Part shown: one piece after another, positions 1-9,779 of the stretch
How the letters are laid out: the number at the start of each line of letters is the position of its first letter
How positions within the stretch are numbered: the first letter of the stretch is position 1
Assembly: GCA_965371785.1 (NCBI GenBank)
Contig: CBDUZS010000026.1
Coordinates: forward strand, 1 to 34,755
Source of the DNA: an uncultured bacterium
GTDB taxonomy: Bacteria > Fermentibacterota > Fermentibacteria > Fermentibacterales > JCC-6
Length of the DNA: 34,755 nt
Direction: 5' to 3'
The notes under the pieces: model-generated
The model's database searches: none
Told to the model about the DNA's origin: nothing
The model's input: only the letters and a program-made list of their open reading frames with translations
Position numbers and translations under genes: made by a program

Positions 1-78
1 CTGGTAGTCCCTGTACTCGGGACCCGTCGAGCACGCGACTGCCAGAAGGGCAGACATCGTTAGAAGGATCGATTTCAT
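1..78 (-). CDS. N-terminal fragment (26 codons) of a secreted/lipoprotein gene running off the window edge
   Basis: ATG at 76-78 (minus strand) is preceded by GGAGGTG 5 nt upstream. It translates to MKSILLTMSALLAVACSTGPEYRDYQ, which has a signal-peptide-like hydrophobic core. The ORF continues past position 1. Confidence 0.4.
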   Translation of the reverse strand, partial: MKSILLTMSALLAVACSTGPEYRDYQ

Positions 79-79
79 A

Positions 80-110
80 GACACCTCCGGTACCGGTAAC
101 AACCGGTGTC
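80..110 (-). terminator. Stem-loop about 50 nt downstream of the clpB stop; possible terminator, also overlaps the SD of the next gene
   Basis: gacacc...ggtgtc forms a 6-bp stem. It encloses a 19-nt loop that contains the palindrome ccggtaccgg. On the minus strand it is followed by UAUGAAAU. No canonical U-tract. Confidence 0.3.
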
Positions 111-160
111 TACGATATCACCTGTCCCACGGTTTCACAATACAGGATGCACCGTAAAGG

Positions 161-2758
161 TCAGCTCGCCGCTTCCCCCCTGGTCGTGAACACCAGCTCT
201 CCATCCTTCGAGTCCAGCTCTATCCTTTCACCTGCGTGAACTATTCCTTCGAGTATCTGCCGAGCCAGCTCGTTCTGAACGTCCTTCTGCATCACCCTCT
301 TGAGCGGGCGGGCACCGTAAACGGGATCGTATCCGCGTTCGGCTATCAGGTCCATTGCAGCCGGTGTCGGCTCGATGACTATCTGTTGTGATTTCAGCAC
401 CTCGTTCAGGTACCTGAACTGGATCTCGACTATCTGCCTTATGTCCTCTCTGCTCAGAGAGCTGAAGACGATCACTTCATCTATTCTGTTCAGGAATTCG
501 GGTCTGAAGTGCTCCCTGAGCTCACCAAGGGCTCTTGATTTCAGCTCTTCGGCTGACAGCGTACCGGCCAGCTCGGCGATCCAGTCGCTCCCGATGTTGC
601 TGGTCATTATCACGACACTGTGCCGGAAGTTTACAGTCCTCCCCTGTCCGTCGGTGAGACGGCCGTCGTCGAGAATCTGCAGGAACACGTTGAAGACGGC
701 GGGATGAGCCTTCTCGATCTCATCGAAGAGGATTACTGAATAAGGCCTGCGCCTGACAGCCTCGGTCAGGTAGCCGCCCTCGTCGTATCCGACGTAGCCG
801 GGGGGAGCTCCTATCAGCCTGGAGACGGAGTGCTTCTCCATGAATTCGCTCATGTCTATCCTGACCAGGGCATTCTCATCGTCGAACAGAAAATCGGCAA
901 GTGAACGCGCCAGTTCCGTTTTTCCCACACCTGTAGGCCCCATGAAGATGAAGCTCCCGACGGGTCTGTCGGGATTCTGGACACCGGCTCTTGCCCTTCG
1001 AATCGCTTCCGAAACCACTGTTACGGCTTCATCCTGCCCGACAACCCTCTCATGCAGATCCTTCTCCATGTTGAGCAGCCGCATGCGCTCGCTCTCCAGC
1101 ATCCTGGCCACGGGAATTCCCGTCCATCTGGAGACAACACCAGCGATGTGCTCGGGGGTGATCTCCTCGGTGAGCATGGCGCCGTCCTCCTGAATCACTG
1201 CCAGTTTTTTCCGCGTCGAAGAGGACTCCTCTTCCAGCTCTCTTAGCTTTCCATAGCGTATCTCGGCAACCCTCTGGAGGTCTCCCTCCCTCTCGGCCTT
1301 CTTCTCGGAACTCTTTTCGTCCTCTATCTCACGGGCAAGTTCCCTTACCCTTTCTATCAGCTCCTTCTCGTTGAGCCATCTTACTTCGAGCGCACCGAGC
1401 TCCTCTTTCAGGTTGGCCAGATCTTCTTCGATCAGTCCCAGCTTCTGTTTCGAGAGCTTGTCCTTGTCACGCTTCAGCCCCTCACGTTCGATCTCGAGCT
1501 GAATGATCTTCCTGCGCACCTCGTCCACCTCTGCAGGCATGCTCTCTATCTCGATTCTGAGCCTGCTTGCGGCCTCGTCAACGAGATCGATCGCTTTGTC
1601 GGGCAGAAATCTGCCGCTGATGTACCGGTCTGACAGAGTGGCCGCGGCAATCAGTGCGGAATCCTGGATCTTGATTCCATGATGGACCTCGTATCTCTCC
1701 CGAAGTCCTCTGAGAATACTGATCGTGTCCTCGACGGATGGCGCTTCGACCAGGATCGGCTGGAAGCGTCTCTCGAGTGCTGCATCCTTTTCTATATGCT
1801 TGCGGTACTCATCAAGTGTCGTCGCTCCGATGGCATGTAGTTCACCCCTTGCGAGAGCGGGTTTGAGCATGTTCGCTGCATCCACGGCACCCTCGGCTGC
1901 CCCAGCGCCCACGAGTGTGTGCATCTCGTCTATGAAGAGTATGATCCTGCCTTCGGATGAAACGATTTCCGAAAGAACGGATTTCAACCTCTCCTCGAAC
2001 TCTCCCCTGTACTTCGCACCTGCGATGAGCGCGCCCATGTCCAGGGCCATCACACTCTTGTCCTTCAGGCTCTCTGGAACGTCTCCAGCTGCAATTCTTC
2101 CCGCCAGGCCTTCGACGATTGCCGTCTTTCCTACACCTGGTTCCCCTATCAAAACGGGATTGTTCTTTCTCCGACGCCCGAGGACCTGCATCGTCCTCCT
2201 GATCTCGTCATCCCTGCCGATCACAGGGTCCAGCTTCTCCTGCCTCGCAAGAGACGTGAGGTCCCTGGTGTACTTACTCAGAGCATCGTAGTGCTCCTCC
2301 GACGTTTCGGAGGTTACCCTCGTCGAACCCCTGACTTCGGCCAGGGCGGCTAGAAAACCCTTTTCATCGACTCCGGTCGAAGCGAGAGCTCCGGCTGCCT
2401 TCCCCCCTCCTGCCAGCACGGCCATGAAGAGGTGCTCCCTTGCGACGAAGTCGTCCTTCATCCTTGTGGCAATTGATCTGGACTCCCGCAGGATCTTCGC
2501 GAGCGCTGTGGACATGCCCGGTTCGGATCCCCCGCTGGACCTGGGCAGAGATGAGAGCTCCTCACCGATCCTTCTCTCCAGTTTGCCCCTGTCCACCTCC
2601 ATACGCTCCAGCACACCGTTGATCACTCCTTCGGGATCGCCGACAAGAGCCATTGCCAGGTGAAGTGGAGTTATCTCGGGGTTACCTGCGGTAAGAGAAA
2701 TCTGTTGTGCTTCCGAGATCGCTTCCCTTGATTTTATCGTAAATTTGTCGAGCTTCAT
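161..2758 (-). CDS. clpB: ATP-dependent chaperone ClpB (Hsp100, AAA+; two NBDs plus coiled-coil middle domain)
   Basis: 865-aa ORF. It has two Walker A motifs ([16 protein letters not shown]) and a long coiled-coil linker. The N-domain reads [14 protein letters not shown]... Confidence 0.95.
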   Translation of the reverse strand: MKLDKFTIKSREAISEAQQISLTAGNPEITPLHLAMALVGDPEGVINGVLERMEVDRGKLERRIGEELSSLPRSSGGSEPGMSTALAKILRESRSIATRMKDDFVAREHLFMAVLAGGGKAAGALASTGVDEKGFLAALAEVRGSTRVTSETSEEHYDALSKYTRDLTSLARQEKLDPVIGRDDEIRRTMQVLGRRRKNNPVLIGEPGVGKTAIVEGLAGRIAAGDVPESLKDKSVMALDMGALIAGAKYRGEFEERLKSVLSEIVSSEGRIILFIDEMHTLVGAGAAEGAVDAANMLKPALARGELHAIGATTLDEYRKHIEKDAALERRFQPILVEAPSVEDTISILRGLRERYEVHHGIKIQDSALIAAATLSDRYISGRFLPDKAIDLVDEAASRLRIEIESMPAEVDEVRRKIIQLEIEREGLKRDKDKLSKQKLGLIEEDLANLKEELGALEVRWLNEKELIERVRELAREIEDEKSSEKKAEREGDLQRVAEIRYGKLRELEEESSSTRKKLAVIQEDGAMLTEEITPEHIAGVVSRWTGIPVARMLESERMRLLNMEKDLHERVVGQDEAVTVVSEAIRRARAGVQNPDRPVGSFIFMGPTGVGKTELARSLADFLFDDENALVRIDMSEFMEKHSVSRLIGAPPGYVGYDEGGYLTEAVRRRPYSVILFDEIEKAHPAVFNVFLQILDDGRLTDGQGRTVNFRHSVVIMTSNIGSDWIAELAGTLSAEELKSRALGELREHFRPEFLNRIDEVIVFSSLSREDIRQIVEIQFRYLNEVLKSQQIVIEPTPAAMDLIAERGYDPVYGARPLKRVMQKDVQNELARQILEGIVHAGERIELDSKDGELVFTTRGEAAS

Positions 2759-3022
2759 TCAATTTCACTTCCTTTCGGTATACTTCAAAGCAAGAATCAC
2801 GCCACTGAGATCGGTTGACAGCTCCATGATACACTGCGCTATCTTGCCGTACTTATTTAGATTAAAGCGATTCGCAACAGCAAACCTGTTCCATTCTCGC
2901 AAGCAGCATGTCCTGTTGAGCCATAATGACACGCATAACGTAATACTCATCCTTCTTTACCATCAAGCCGCAAGGTGGTAGCTTTCCGACTGCGACAGCT
3001 AACCAAAACCGGAGGAAACCAA

Positions 3023-4012
3023 ATGGTAAAAGTCGGAATCGTCGGACTGGGGTACTGGGGACCGAACCTGTTGCGAAACATAATCGCTAACAGAAGATGC
3101 GAGAGCATCATCATCTGTGACAGCGATGCCGGCAGGTTGACCAGAATTTCAGAGAGATATCCTTCGCTCGAGAAGACAACGGAGTTTTCAGACCTGATAT
3201 CCAACAACGAACTGGATGCACTCGTGATTGCCACGGATGTCTCTTCTCACTATCCGCTTGCCAAGCAGGGTCTGGAAGCGGGAAAGCATGTTTTCGTAGA
3301 GAAGCCTTTTGCCGAGAGCACGGAAAAGGCGGAAGAGCTCGTCAGACTGGGCGATGAGAAGCAGCTGATCACAATGGTCGGCCACACCTTCCTCTTCTCG
3401 CCACCGGTTCTGAAAGTCAAGCAGATCATCGACAGCGGTGAACTGGGAGAGATCCGCTTCATCACTGCGAGCAGGGTCAACCTCGGACTCCATCAGAAAG
3501 ATGTCTCGGTTATCTGGGATCTGGCTCCACACGATTTCTCGATGATCTTCTACTGGCTCGGCGAGGATCCGGATCACGTGGAAGCCTTCGGGCACGACTA
3601 CGTGCTGAAGGGCATTCCCGATGTGGCATTCATCAATCTCGGCTTTCCCAGCGGAGTGATCTGCAACGTCCAGGTTGCATGGCTGGCACCATCCAAGCTG
3701 AGGAGAACGGTTATCGTCGGAAGCCGGAAGATGCTCGTGTACGACGACACACAGCCTTACGAAAAGATCAAGATCTTCGATACCGGTGTTGACATCAAGG
3801 AGCCACAGACTTTCGGTGAGTACCAGCTCACCTATCGAACCGGCTCGATCGTATCTCCCAAGCTGGACAGTTTCGAACCGCTTGCATCCGAGATGGAAGA
3901 GTTCCTGAGATGCGTGGAGACGGGAGACTCTCCCAGAACCAACGGGCGTAACGGTCTGAGTGTTGTCAGGGCTCTGGAAGCAGCTGATCGGAGTCTCAGA
4001 GAGAACGGATAG
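3023..4012 (+). CDS. Gfo/Idh/MocA family NAD(P)-dependent oxidoreductase (sugar-nucleotide dehydrogenase-like)
   Basis: MVKVGIVGLGYWGPNLL Rossmann motif and EKPFA motif. The internal ATG at 3023 is preceded by GGAGGA. It sits divergent to clpB. Confidence 0.85.
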   Translation: MVKVGIVGLGYWGPNLLRNIIANRRCESIIICDSDAGRLTRISERYPSLEKTTEFSDLISNNELDALVIATDVSSHYPLAKQGLEAGKHVFVEKPFAESTEKAEELVRLGDEKQLITMVGHTFLFSPPVLKVKQIIDSGELGEIRFITASRVNLGLHQKDVSVIWDLAPHDFSMIFYWLGEDPDHVEAFGHDYVLKGIPDVAFINLGFPSGVICNVQVAWLAPSKLRRTVIVGSRKMLVYDDTQPYEKIKIFDTGVDIKEPQTFGEYQLTYRTGSIVSPKLDSFEPLASEMEEFLRCVETGDSPRTNGRNGLSVVRALEAADRSLRENG

Positions 4013-4014
4013 AA

Positions 4015-4962
4015 TTGACGGAAGGACCTGTAGTACTCCTCAAACTGCTGGATCTGAAACCCTTCAGGGATTCCAGAGGATGCGAAGACCTGGCGGTTCT
4101 GGGCAATTCGATACTCGCGCTTGCCGGAACCGACGATTCCGCCCGCAGGAGTCTCACCAGAATGATCGCCGGGCTCGAGAAACCATGGTCAGGAGTGATC
4201 AGAGTCGGGCGCCGCATGATAGCCGCAGATCAGCGCCCAGCACGACGCTACATCGGTTACGCTCAGAATCCATTCATCTCCCCTCCAGGCGTAACTCCCA
4301 GAGCACACCTTGCACTCACTGCCGCGGGAGGAGGGCTCGGGCGAAAAGAGGCCGAGAACGCCGTGGACGAACTCATCAGATGGTGTTCCCTCTCTTCCTG
4401 CTCGAGAAAGCCCGTTGAGGAGCTGACGGAAGAGCAGAAGTTCTCGACAGGATTTGCCGCGGCGCTCATCCACGGGCCACAGCTGATGATCATCGAAGGT
4501 CCCGTACCGGAGAGCATCTCCGGAAGGCTTGCCGATATATGCGAATCGGGTAGAGCGGTTGTCCTGTCGGTGCCTGGAATCGAGCACATACCGCCGGGAG
4601 TCGATCGAATCGCGCTCTGCGATTCATCCGGAATTGCGGCGGTCGTCAGGCAGAGCGATCTTGCCGAAGCCTGCAGACGCAGTACAGAGATCTACGTTTC
4701 CTTTTTTCCCGCTCTCGATCGGAGAATCGTCGAGACCCTCCACGGGATGAGAGAGCTGGTTGCGGTCGAAGGCGGGTTCAGGTTCAAACCGTCCAATACC
4801 GCTACAGCCATTTCAAACCTTGCAAACCTTGCCAGAGCAAACGCAAGGTCGCTCGTTGGTCTGAAGGTCAGACCTCCGTCGATGAGTTCTCTCATCGAGT
4901 ACTTCACAAAGGATGAGGAATCGGGAGAGGCTGGACTCTTGTGTCTGGACGATCCGGAATAG
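4015..4962 (+). CDS. ABC-ATPase-like protein with degenerate catalytic motifs (probable pseudo-ATPase)
   Basis: TTG start 2 nt after the upstream stop. The layout follows an ABC NBD: Q-loop-like IGYAQNP, signature-like LTEEQKFS (in place of LSGGQ), Walker-B-like LMIIEGP and H-loop-like SVPGIEH. The Walker A P-loop is replaced by AGTDDSARRSL. Confidence 0.5.
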   Translation: MTEGPVVLLKLLDLKPFRDSRGCEDLAVLGNSILALAGTDDSARRSLTRMIAGLEKPWSGVIRVGRRMIAADQRPARRYIGYAQNPFISPPGVTPRAHLALTAAGGGLGRKEAENAVDELIRWCSLSSCSRKPVEELTEEQKFSTGFAAALIHGPQLMIIEGPVPESISGRLADICESGRAVVLSVPGIEHIPPGVDRIALCDSSGIAAVVRQSDLAEACRRSTEIYVSFFPALDRRIVETLHGMRELVAVEGGFRFKPSNTATAISNLANLARANARSLVGLKVRPPSMSSLIEYFTKDEESGEAGLLCLDDPE

Positions 4963-5609
4963 GGAGGATCTGGTTCCACACCGGACATCTCATGTTCCGC
5001 CAGGCTATGGAATCGGGGAGCTTCTGGTGGATCATCATCGGAGCTCCAATCGCAGCGATGCTGCTCTCCGGTTTCTCACATCCACTCCTGACCATCCCCT
5101 CCGCACTGGTATGGGGGATACCAGCCGCGTTGATTACAGGCTGGCCTTCCTCCGATTCGAGAAAGGGCCTTCGAGCGCAGCTGGCCCTGACATTGGCCGG
5201 CAGCCGCACAGTACGTGCGCCGGAAATGATTCTGCCCGCTGTTCTCTCCTCTGCTGCGGCAATGTTCCTCTGCTACATCTGCGGATTGTACGGCGCATTC
5301 TTCGTTCCGTGGCAGACCTATGTGATAATTCCGTTTTCAGCGCTATCGGCATCGGCCCTTCTCCTGTTGCTCGAGACCAGAATGCGCCCTGCCGGCAGGG
5401 TGCTGTCTTCACTGCTCTATGCGAGTCCATTCCTGCTACATCAGAGCTCGGAAAGAGCAGCCGAGGTTGTGCTGCCGTCGGGATACACACTTTTCACCTT
5501 GTTGTGGGGAAACGGGATACATACAGGATACCATGCAGACACCTACATGGCGCTTGCCGTATTCAGCTGCCTGATCCTCGTATTCCTTGCGGGTAAATTC
5601 TCAGCGTAA
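4941..5609 (+). CDS. Hypothetical polytopic membrane protein (Trp/Leu-rich, about 6 TM helices); start uncertain (GTG 4941 or ATG 4992)
   Basis: Hydrophobic segments throughout. It overlaps the end of the ABC-like gene, so the two are probably co-transcribed. Confidence 0.4.
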   Translation: MSGRSGIGRIWFHTGHLMFRQAMESGSFWWIIIGAPIAAMLLSGFSHPLLTIPSALVWGIPAALITGWPSSDSRKGLRAQLALTLAGSRTVRAPEMILPAVLSSAAAMFLCYICGLYGAFFVPWQTYVIIPFSALSASALLLLLETRMRPAGRVLSSLLYASPFLLHQSSERAAEVVLPSGYTLFTLLWGNGIHTGYHADTYMALAVFSCLILVFLAGKFSA

Positions 5610-5615
5610 AAAGGC

Positions 5616-6932
5616 TCAGCTTTCGGACATCCAGCAGCCCAGGGACTCGAGCGCCCTCTTACTGTATGCCGCTCTCTTCTCTCTTCTTCCCCTGCCTTTG
5701 ACCGTGGCAGGGAAAAGCCCGTAGTTGATGTTGCTGGGCTGGAACTCATGACCCGGGGCAGTAGTGACGTGGGAAAGGAGTGCTCCCAGGGCTGTCTCGC
5801 GAGGTGGCGGGACAGGTTCGACACCATCGAGGAAGGATGAGAGAAAATATCCGCAGAGCCATCCACTGGCCACTGATTCCAGGTAGCCCTCCACACCGGT
5901 TATCTGCCCGGCAAACGAAACACTCTCCCTCCCCCGCAGACGGAGCCAGGAATCCAGTATTGCGGGAGAGTTCAGGTAAGTATTCCTGTGCATGGAACCA
6001 AGTCTCAGGAAAACCGCCTTGCCGAGTCCAGGAATGCTTCGGAAGAGCCGTTTCTGGGCTGGATAGGTCAGTTGAGTCTGGAAACCCACGAGGTTCCAGG
6101 CAGAACCTTCTTTGTTCTCCATCCTCAGCTGAACGACTGCGAAAGGTCTCTCACCCGTACGGGGATCGATTAGTCCTACAGGCTTCATAGGACCGTGCGC
6201 CAGTGCCGCAGCACCACTCTCACCGATGACCTCTACCGGCATACACCCACTGAAATGTTTCTTCTTCTCGAATTCGCGGACCGGAACTCTCTCGGAAGAC
6301 AGCAGGGCATCGACGAATTGGAAATACTCCTCCTCCGACATCGGACAGTTGAGATAGGCTCCCTCTCCGCCGTCGTACCTCGACTGCAGAAAAGTAACCG
6401 ACCGATCGATGCCGTCACCCTCCACGATCGGAGCGAGTGCATCGTAGAAGTACAATTCGTCCGAACCGGTCAGGTTCGAGATTTCGAGAGCAAGCAGATC
6501 GGATGTGAGAGGGCCCGTGGCTACGATCTGGAATCGATCGTCTTCCAGATCGGTAACCTCTTCACGAATGAGCTCTATTCCCGGATTACGCTCTATCCTC
6601 TCGGTTATCTCGCTGCTGAAACCATGCCTGTCCACTGCAAGCGCACTCCCAGCGGGGACGGCATGTCCGAGGGCGACCGACAGCACGAAGGAGCCTGCCA
6701 TTTCCAGTTCAGATTTCAGCAGACCGGCAGCGTTTACAGGATCCGCGGAGCGGAAGGAATTGGAACAGACCAGCTCGGCAAGGTCTCCGGTTGTGTGAGC
6801 AGGAGTCATGGTTGCCGGACGCATTTCGAAGAGGACTACACGGAAACCACGCAGGGCCAGTTGCCAGGCTGCCTCGCAGCCGGCAAGACCACCTCCTATT
6901 ACCTTGACTTCAGGCTTTCCCACCGGTTTCAC
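5616..6932 (-). CDS. trmFO: Methylenetetrahydrofolate--tRNA-(uracil54-C5)-methyltransferase TrmFO (Gid)
   Basis: N-terminal KVIGGGLAGCEAAWQLA FAD-binding motif. It is 438 aa with a TrmFO-type architecture. Confidence 0.9.
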   Translation of the reverse strand: MKPVGKPEVKVIGGGLAGCEAAWQLALRGFRVVLFEMRPATMTPAHTTGDLAELVCSNSFRSADPVNAAGLLKSELEMAGSFVLSVALGHAVPAGSALAVDRHGFSSEITERIERNPGIELIREEVTDLEDDRFQIVATGPLTSDLLALEISNLTGSDELYFYDALAPIVEGDGIDRSVTFLQSRYDGGEGAYLNCPMSEEEYFQFVDALLSSERVPVREFEKKKHFSGCMPVEVIGESGAAALAHGPMKPVGLIDPRTGERPFAVVQLRMENKEGSAWNLVGFQTQLTYPAQKRLFRSIPGLGKAVFLRLGSMHRNTYLNSPAILDSWLRLRGRESVSFAGQITGVEGYLESVASGWLCGYFLSSFLDGVEPVPPPRETALGALLSHVTTAPGHEFQPSNINYGLFPATVKGRGRREKRAAYSKRALESLGCWMSES

Positions 6933-7195
6933 CCCCAGGGAAATCTACATCTGCTGAGGAGTATAATGTAAGCTGTACGGATAATCGGTCCCACCACCCG
7001 GGTGATCAAGGAGCCAACGTCTACAAACGCAGAAGACCTCGCAGTCTGCGCAGCGAATCCTATGGACGCAGATTTGGAGAGGGGCTATATCAAGACCCCG
7101 CTGGGCCTGCCCTGCAGGATATTTCCAGAAGTGGTTCAATTCAGCGCTGTGTGCGAAAAGTACGGTTGCTGGCTAAGATGTTCGGAGACTGAGTA

Positions 7196-8227
7196 ATGCG
7201 GATCCTTGTGGCTACAACTTACACTCTACCGGCCTATTCAGGTGGATGGACCACTCCGCTGGATCTTTTCGGAGACGAACACCAGGCAATGTACGTGGTC
7301 CGCAACTACCATGCCGGAACGAGTATCATTGAGGGAATCAGGTGTGTCGGTGCAGGCGCCGTCGGCAGGTTTGCCACCCCATGGAACAGGGCGGAAAAGT
7401 ACAGGCATGCCCTGGTTCAGAGATTGTTCCGCAACGCACTGAAAAGACACTTCCATAAGTTTCGGGCAGATTTCGTTCTCTGCCTGGATCCTGAAGCCGG
7501 CTATGCCGCCATGCATTCCGGACTCCCCTATGCCATGCGTTTCCATTCAAAATTGAGCCGGGTGGACCGGAAACATCCCTTTGACGATCTAATGGAGAAT
7601 GCGATTTTTGCCATTTGCTGCCAGGCAACGTACATCCCTGATATCGAGATCGTTCCCCACAATCAGGATCTCTCGAGATTCACATATCTGGAGAGCCCTT
7701 CCGCCGAAAGGGCGATTCTGCTCACCAGCATTGACAGTATCCACGAACCTGAGCTTTTCATCGAGGGAGTCATGCTCTCGAAGAGAATGAAAGGAGATAT
7801 CGTAGGTACGGGGGAGGATCGAAAGAAAATCGCAGCACTCTGCCGAAAGACCGGGGGGCGAGTCCGCTGCCTGTCACCTGTTCCCAGGCTGAAAGTACCT
7901 GCACTGCTCAATAACTATCAGGTGGGGGTTGCAACGGTCAGGAACATTTCACCGATCGTCTACCAGATGAAGGTCAACGCCTACATGGCTTCCGGTCTCT
8001 ACACACTGGCAAAGCCCTGGACCCACATAGCATCCGAAGCACCGGATCTGATCGGTGTCTTTACAACTGCCGGAGACCTGGCAAACCGTCTTGATTACCT
8101 GAGTGACAACTGGGCTGAAACACTGACAATCCGACGACAGGCCCGGGGCTGGATAAACGAGAACTACTCGGTGGAAATCCCGAGAAAACGCTTCAGAGAA
8201 ATACTCAGCGAGAAATTCTCGCCCTGA
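7196..8227 (+). CDS. Glycosyltransferase (GT-B fold, GT4-like)
   Basis: 343 aa, N-terminus MRILVATTYTLP. The C-terminal half carries a GT-B nucleotide-sugar-binding-like region. It sits beside the flippase and GT2 genes. Confidence 0.55.
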   Translation: MRILVATTYTLPAYSGGWTTPLDLFGDEHQAMYVVRNYHAGTSIIEGIRCVGAGAVGRFATPWNRAEKYRHALVQRLFRNALKRHFHKFRADFVLCLDPEAGYAAMHSGLPYAMRFHSKLSRVDRKHPFDDLMENAIFAICCQATYIPDIEIVPHNQDLSRFTYLESPSAERAILLTSIDSIHEPELFIEGVMLSKRMKGDIVGTGEDRKKIAALCRKTGGRVRCLSPVPRLKVPALLNNYQVGVATVRNISPIVYQMKVNAYMASGLYTLAKPWTHIASEAPDLIGVFTTAGDLANRLDYLSDNWAETLTIRRQARGWINENYSVEIPRKRFREILSEKFSP

Positions 8228-9779
8228 TCCTGTCCGCTACCTCTGACGATGCCCGTGCCAGGGTTGTGCTTCTCAGCACAATGAGAACCACCGTCATGAC
8301 CAGAATCCCACTGCCGGCATAGCAGAACAGCTGCAGTAATTTTGTGAAGGCGGGAGCTTCGGTTGAAAATGGCCAGAGGTGGATTGTCAACAGCGAGCCT
8401 GCAACAAGGAAGATGTTTGCGGAAAGAATCTTCAGCTGCTCTCCCACTACCAGCCGAAGCTGAAGGCCACCCATCTTCCTGGAGAGGGACCATGTCAGAT
8501 AGACGGTTTTAGCCGTTGACGTTGCCGTTGTCGCCAGCGCAAGCCCGCCAATCCCCAGTGGCCCCACCAGAATCAGATTCAGCAACACGTTTGCAACAAC
8601 ACCGAAAATACCGATGGTTACAGGTGTAGCCGAATCCTTCTGAGCATAAAAAGCCCTGGAGACAAGCGAGCCGATACCGAACTGGGCAAGCCAGGGGGCG
8701 TAAAAAGCCAGGGCATATCCGATGTACCGCGAATCCTCCCCGGTGAAGTTGCCTCTCTGAAAGAAAACGGAAACAACTGGAACCGCCAGAACGGTCAGGA
8801 GGGCGGCAGCAGGAAACATCACTAGCGACGTCGTGTTCAGGTTTCTTCTGAGGATGGCAAGTAACTTGTCCACCTTCCCTTTCGCCGCCTCAGCCGAGAA
8901 GCTCAGGTCCGCGAAGACCAGGAAGGGTGTGAAGACAACAGCAAGAACGATGTTCTTGATCCTGTTGGCATAGTCTATGGCCGTAATCGAGCTTACCGGC
9001 AGGAAAGAAGCCAGCATCTTGTCAGCAATGGGCGCAAGGAAACCTACAAACGTTCCTCCTACCACGGGAGCAGCCATCCTTGCGAGCTGCCCCATGAATG
9101 GATCCCTGGCAATGGAGGGGTTAACCTTGAAACCGCTTCTGTAACTCTGGACAAGCAGGAATACAAAGTCCGCCAGACCCCCTATCAGCATCGAAATCGG
9201 AAGGATTCTGATACCGATACTGCCGCGGACCACAAGAAGAACGGTAAGTGATACTGCAAGACCCAGAACTCCTGAAAGGGACAGGACAGTGAATCTTTTC
9301 TCGTACTTAATGAAATTCGCCAGTATCCCGTTGGTCGTTCTGAGGATCACGATAGGCAGCAGAATTCTGAAAAGGTTTGATGACAGTTCCAGCAGTTCCT
9401 GCGAGCCGCTGGGGCTTATTACTCTTACAAGAGTCCCGCTCGAGAACCAGAGAATGGAAACGAGTATGGAACTTGTAAGGACAAGCCAGGAAATGGTCTT
9501 GTTAACAAAGGCAACGGCTCCATCATGTCCTCTCTTCTCCATGACCCTGGAATAGATGGGAATGAAAGCCGAACCGAATGAATGTGCAACAACTTCCCTG
9601 ACCAGGAGGGGAAAGACCATGGCGATAGCCAGGGCATCGGTTTGCCAGTCTGCTCCGAAAATCGCTGTAATCTGGGCAAAACGAAAATAGGAAAGCAGCG
9701 CTATGAAAATACTGCTGGCTGAGAGTGCCGAAAGCCCGAGGAGTTTACTGTTCCCCGCCGGCCTGGGCTTTTCCGTCAT
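8205..9779 (-). CDS. MOP-superfamily oligosaccharide/lipid-linked glycan flippase (MurJ/MviN-like)
   Basis: About 14 TM helices. The N-terminus (MTEKPRPAGNSKLLGLSALSASSIFIALLSYFRFAQITAIFGA) is typical of MurJ/Wzx-type proteins. The ATG at 9777-9779 overlaps the upstream GT2 stop (ATGA). The 3' end overlaps the convergent GT gene by 23 nt. Confidence 0.8.
   Translation of the reverse strand: MTEKPRPAGNSKLLGLSALSASSIFIALLSYFRFAQITAIFGADWQTDALAIAMVFPLLVREVVAHSFGSAFIPIYSRVMEKRGHDGAVAFVNKTISWLVLTSSILVSILWFSSGTLVRVISPSGSQELLELSSNLFRILLPIVILRTTNGILANFIKYEKRFTVLSLSGVLGLAVSLTVLLVVRGSIGIRILPISMLIGGLADFVFLLVQSYRSGFKVNPSIARDPFMGQLARMAAPVVGGTFVGFLAPIADKMLASFLPVSSITAIDYANRIKNIVLAVVFTPFLVFADLSFSAEAAKGKVDKLLAILRRNLNTTSLVMFPAAALLTVLAVPVVSVFFQRGNFTGEDSRYIGYALAFYAPWLAQFGIGSLVSRAFYAQKDSATPVTIGIFGVVANVLLNLILVGPLGIGGLALATTATSTAKTVYLTWSLSRKMGGLQLRLVVGEQLKILSANIFLVAGSLLTIHLWPFSTEAPAFTKLLQLFCYAGSGILVMTVVLIVLRSTTLARASSEVADRIRARISR

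Noticed and set aside
375-2663. Several 60-190-aa ORFs on the plus strand inside clpB (375..707, 840..1193, 1725..2291, 2424..2663)
   Set aside because: They are antisense to a confidently identified 865-aa gene. Their translations are low-complexity and Ser/Arg/Pro-rich, typical of GC-rich antisense frames.
2759-3022. Looked for CIRCE (TTAGCACTC-N9-GAGTGCTAA) or a sigma32-type promoter upstream of clpB
   Set aside because: No convincing match. There is only a weak TTGACA...TATCTT on the opposite strand. Heat-shock regulation cannot be inferred from the sequence.
7002-7196. 64-aa ORF in the trmFO/GT intergenic region
   Set aside because: GTG start without RBS. The composition is not protein-like. 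The region more likely holds the GT promoter.
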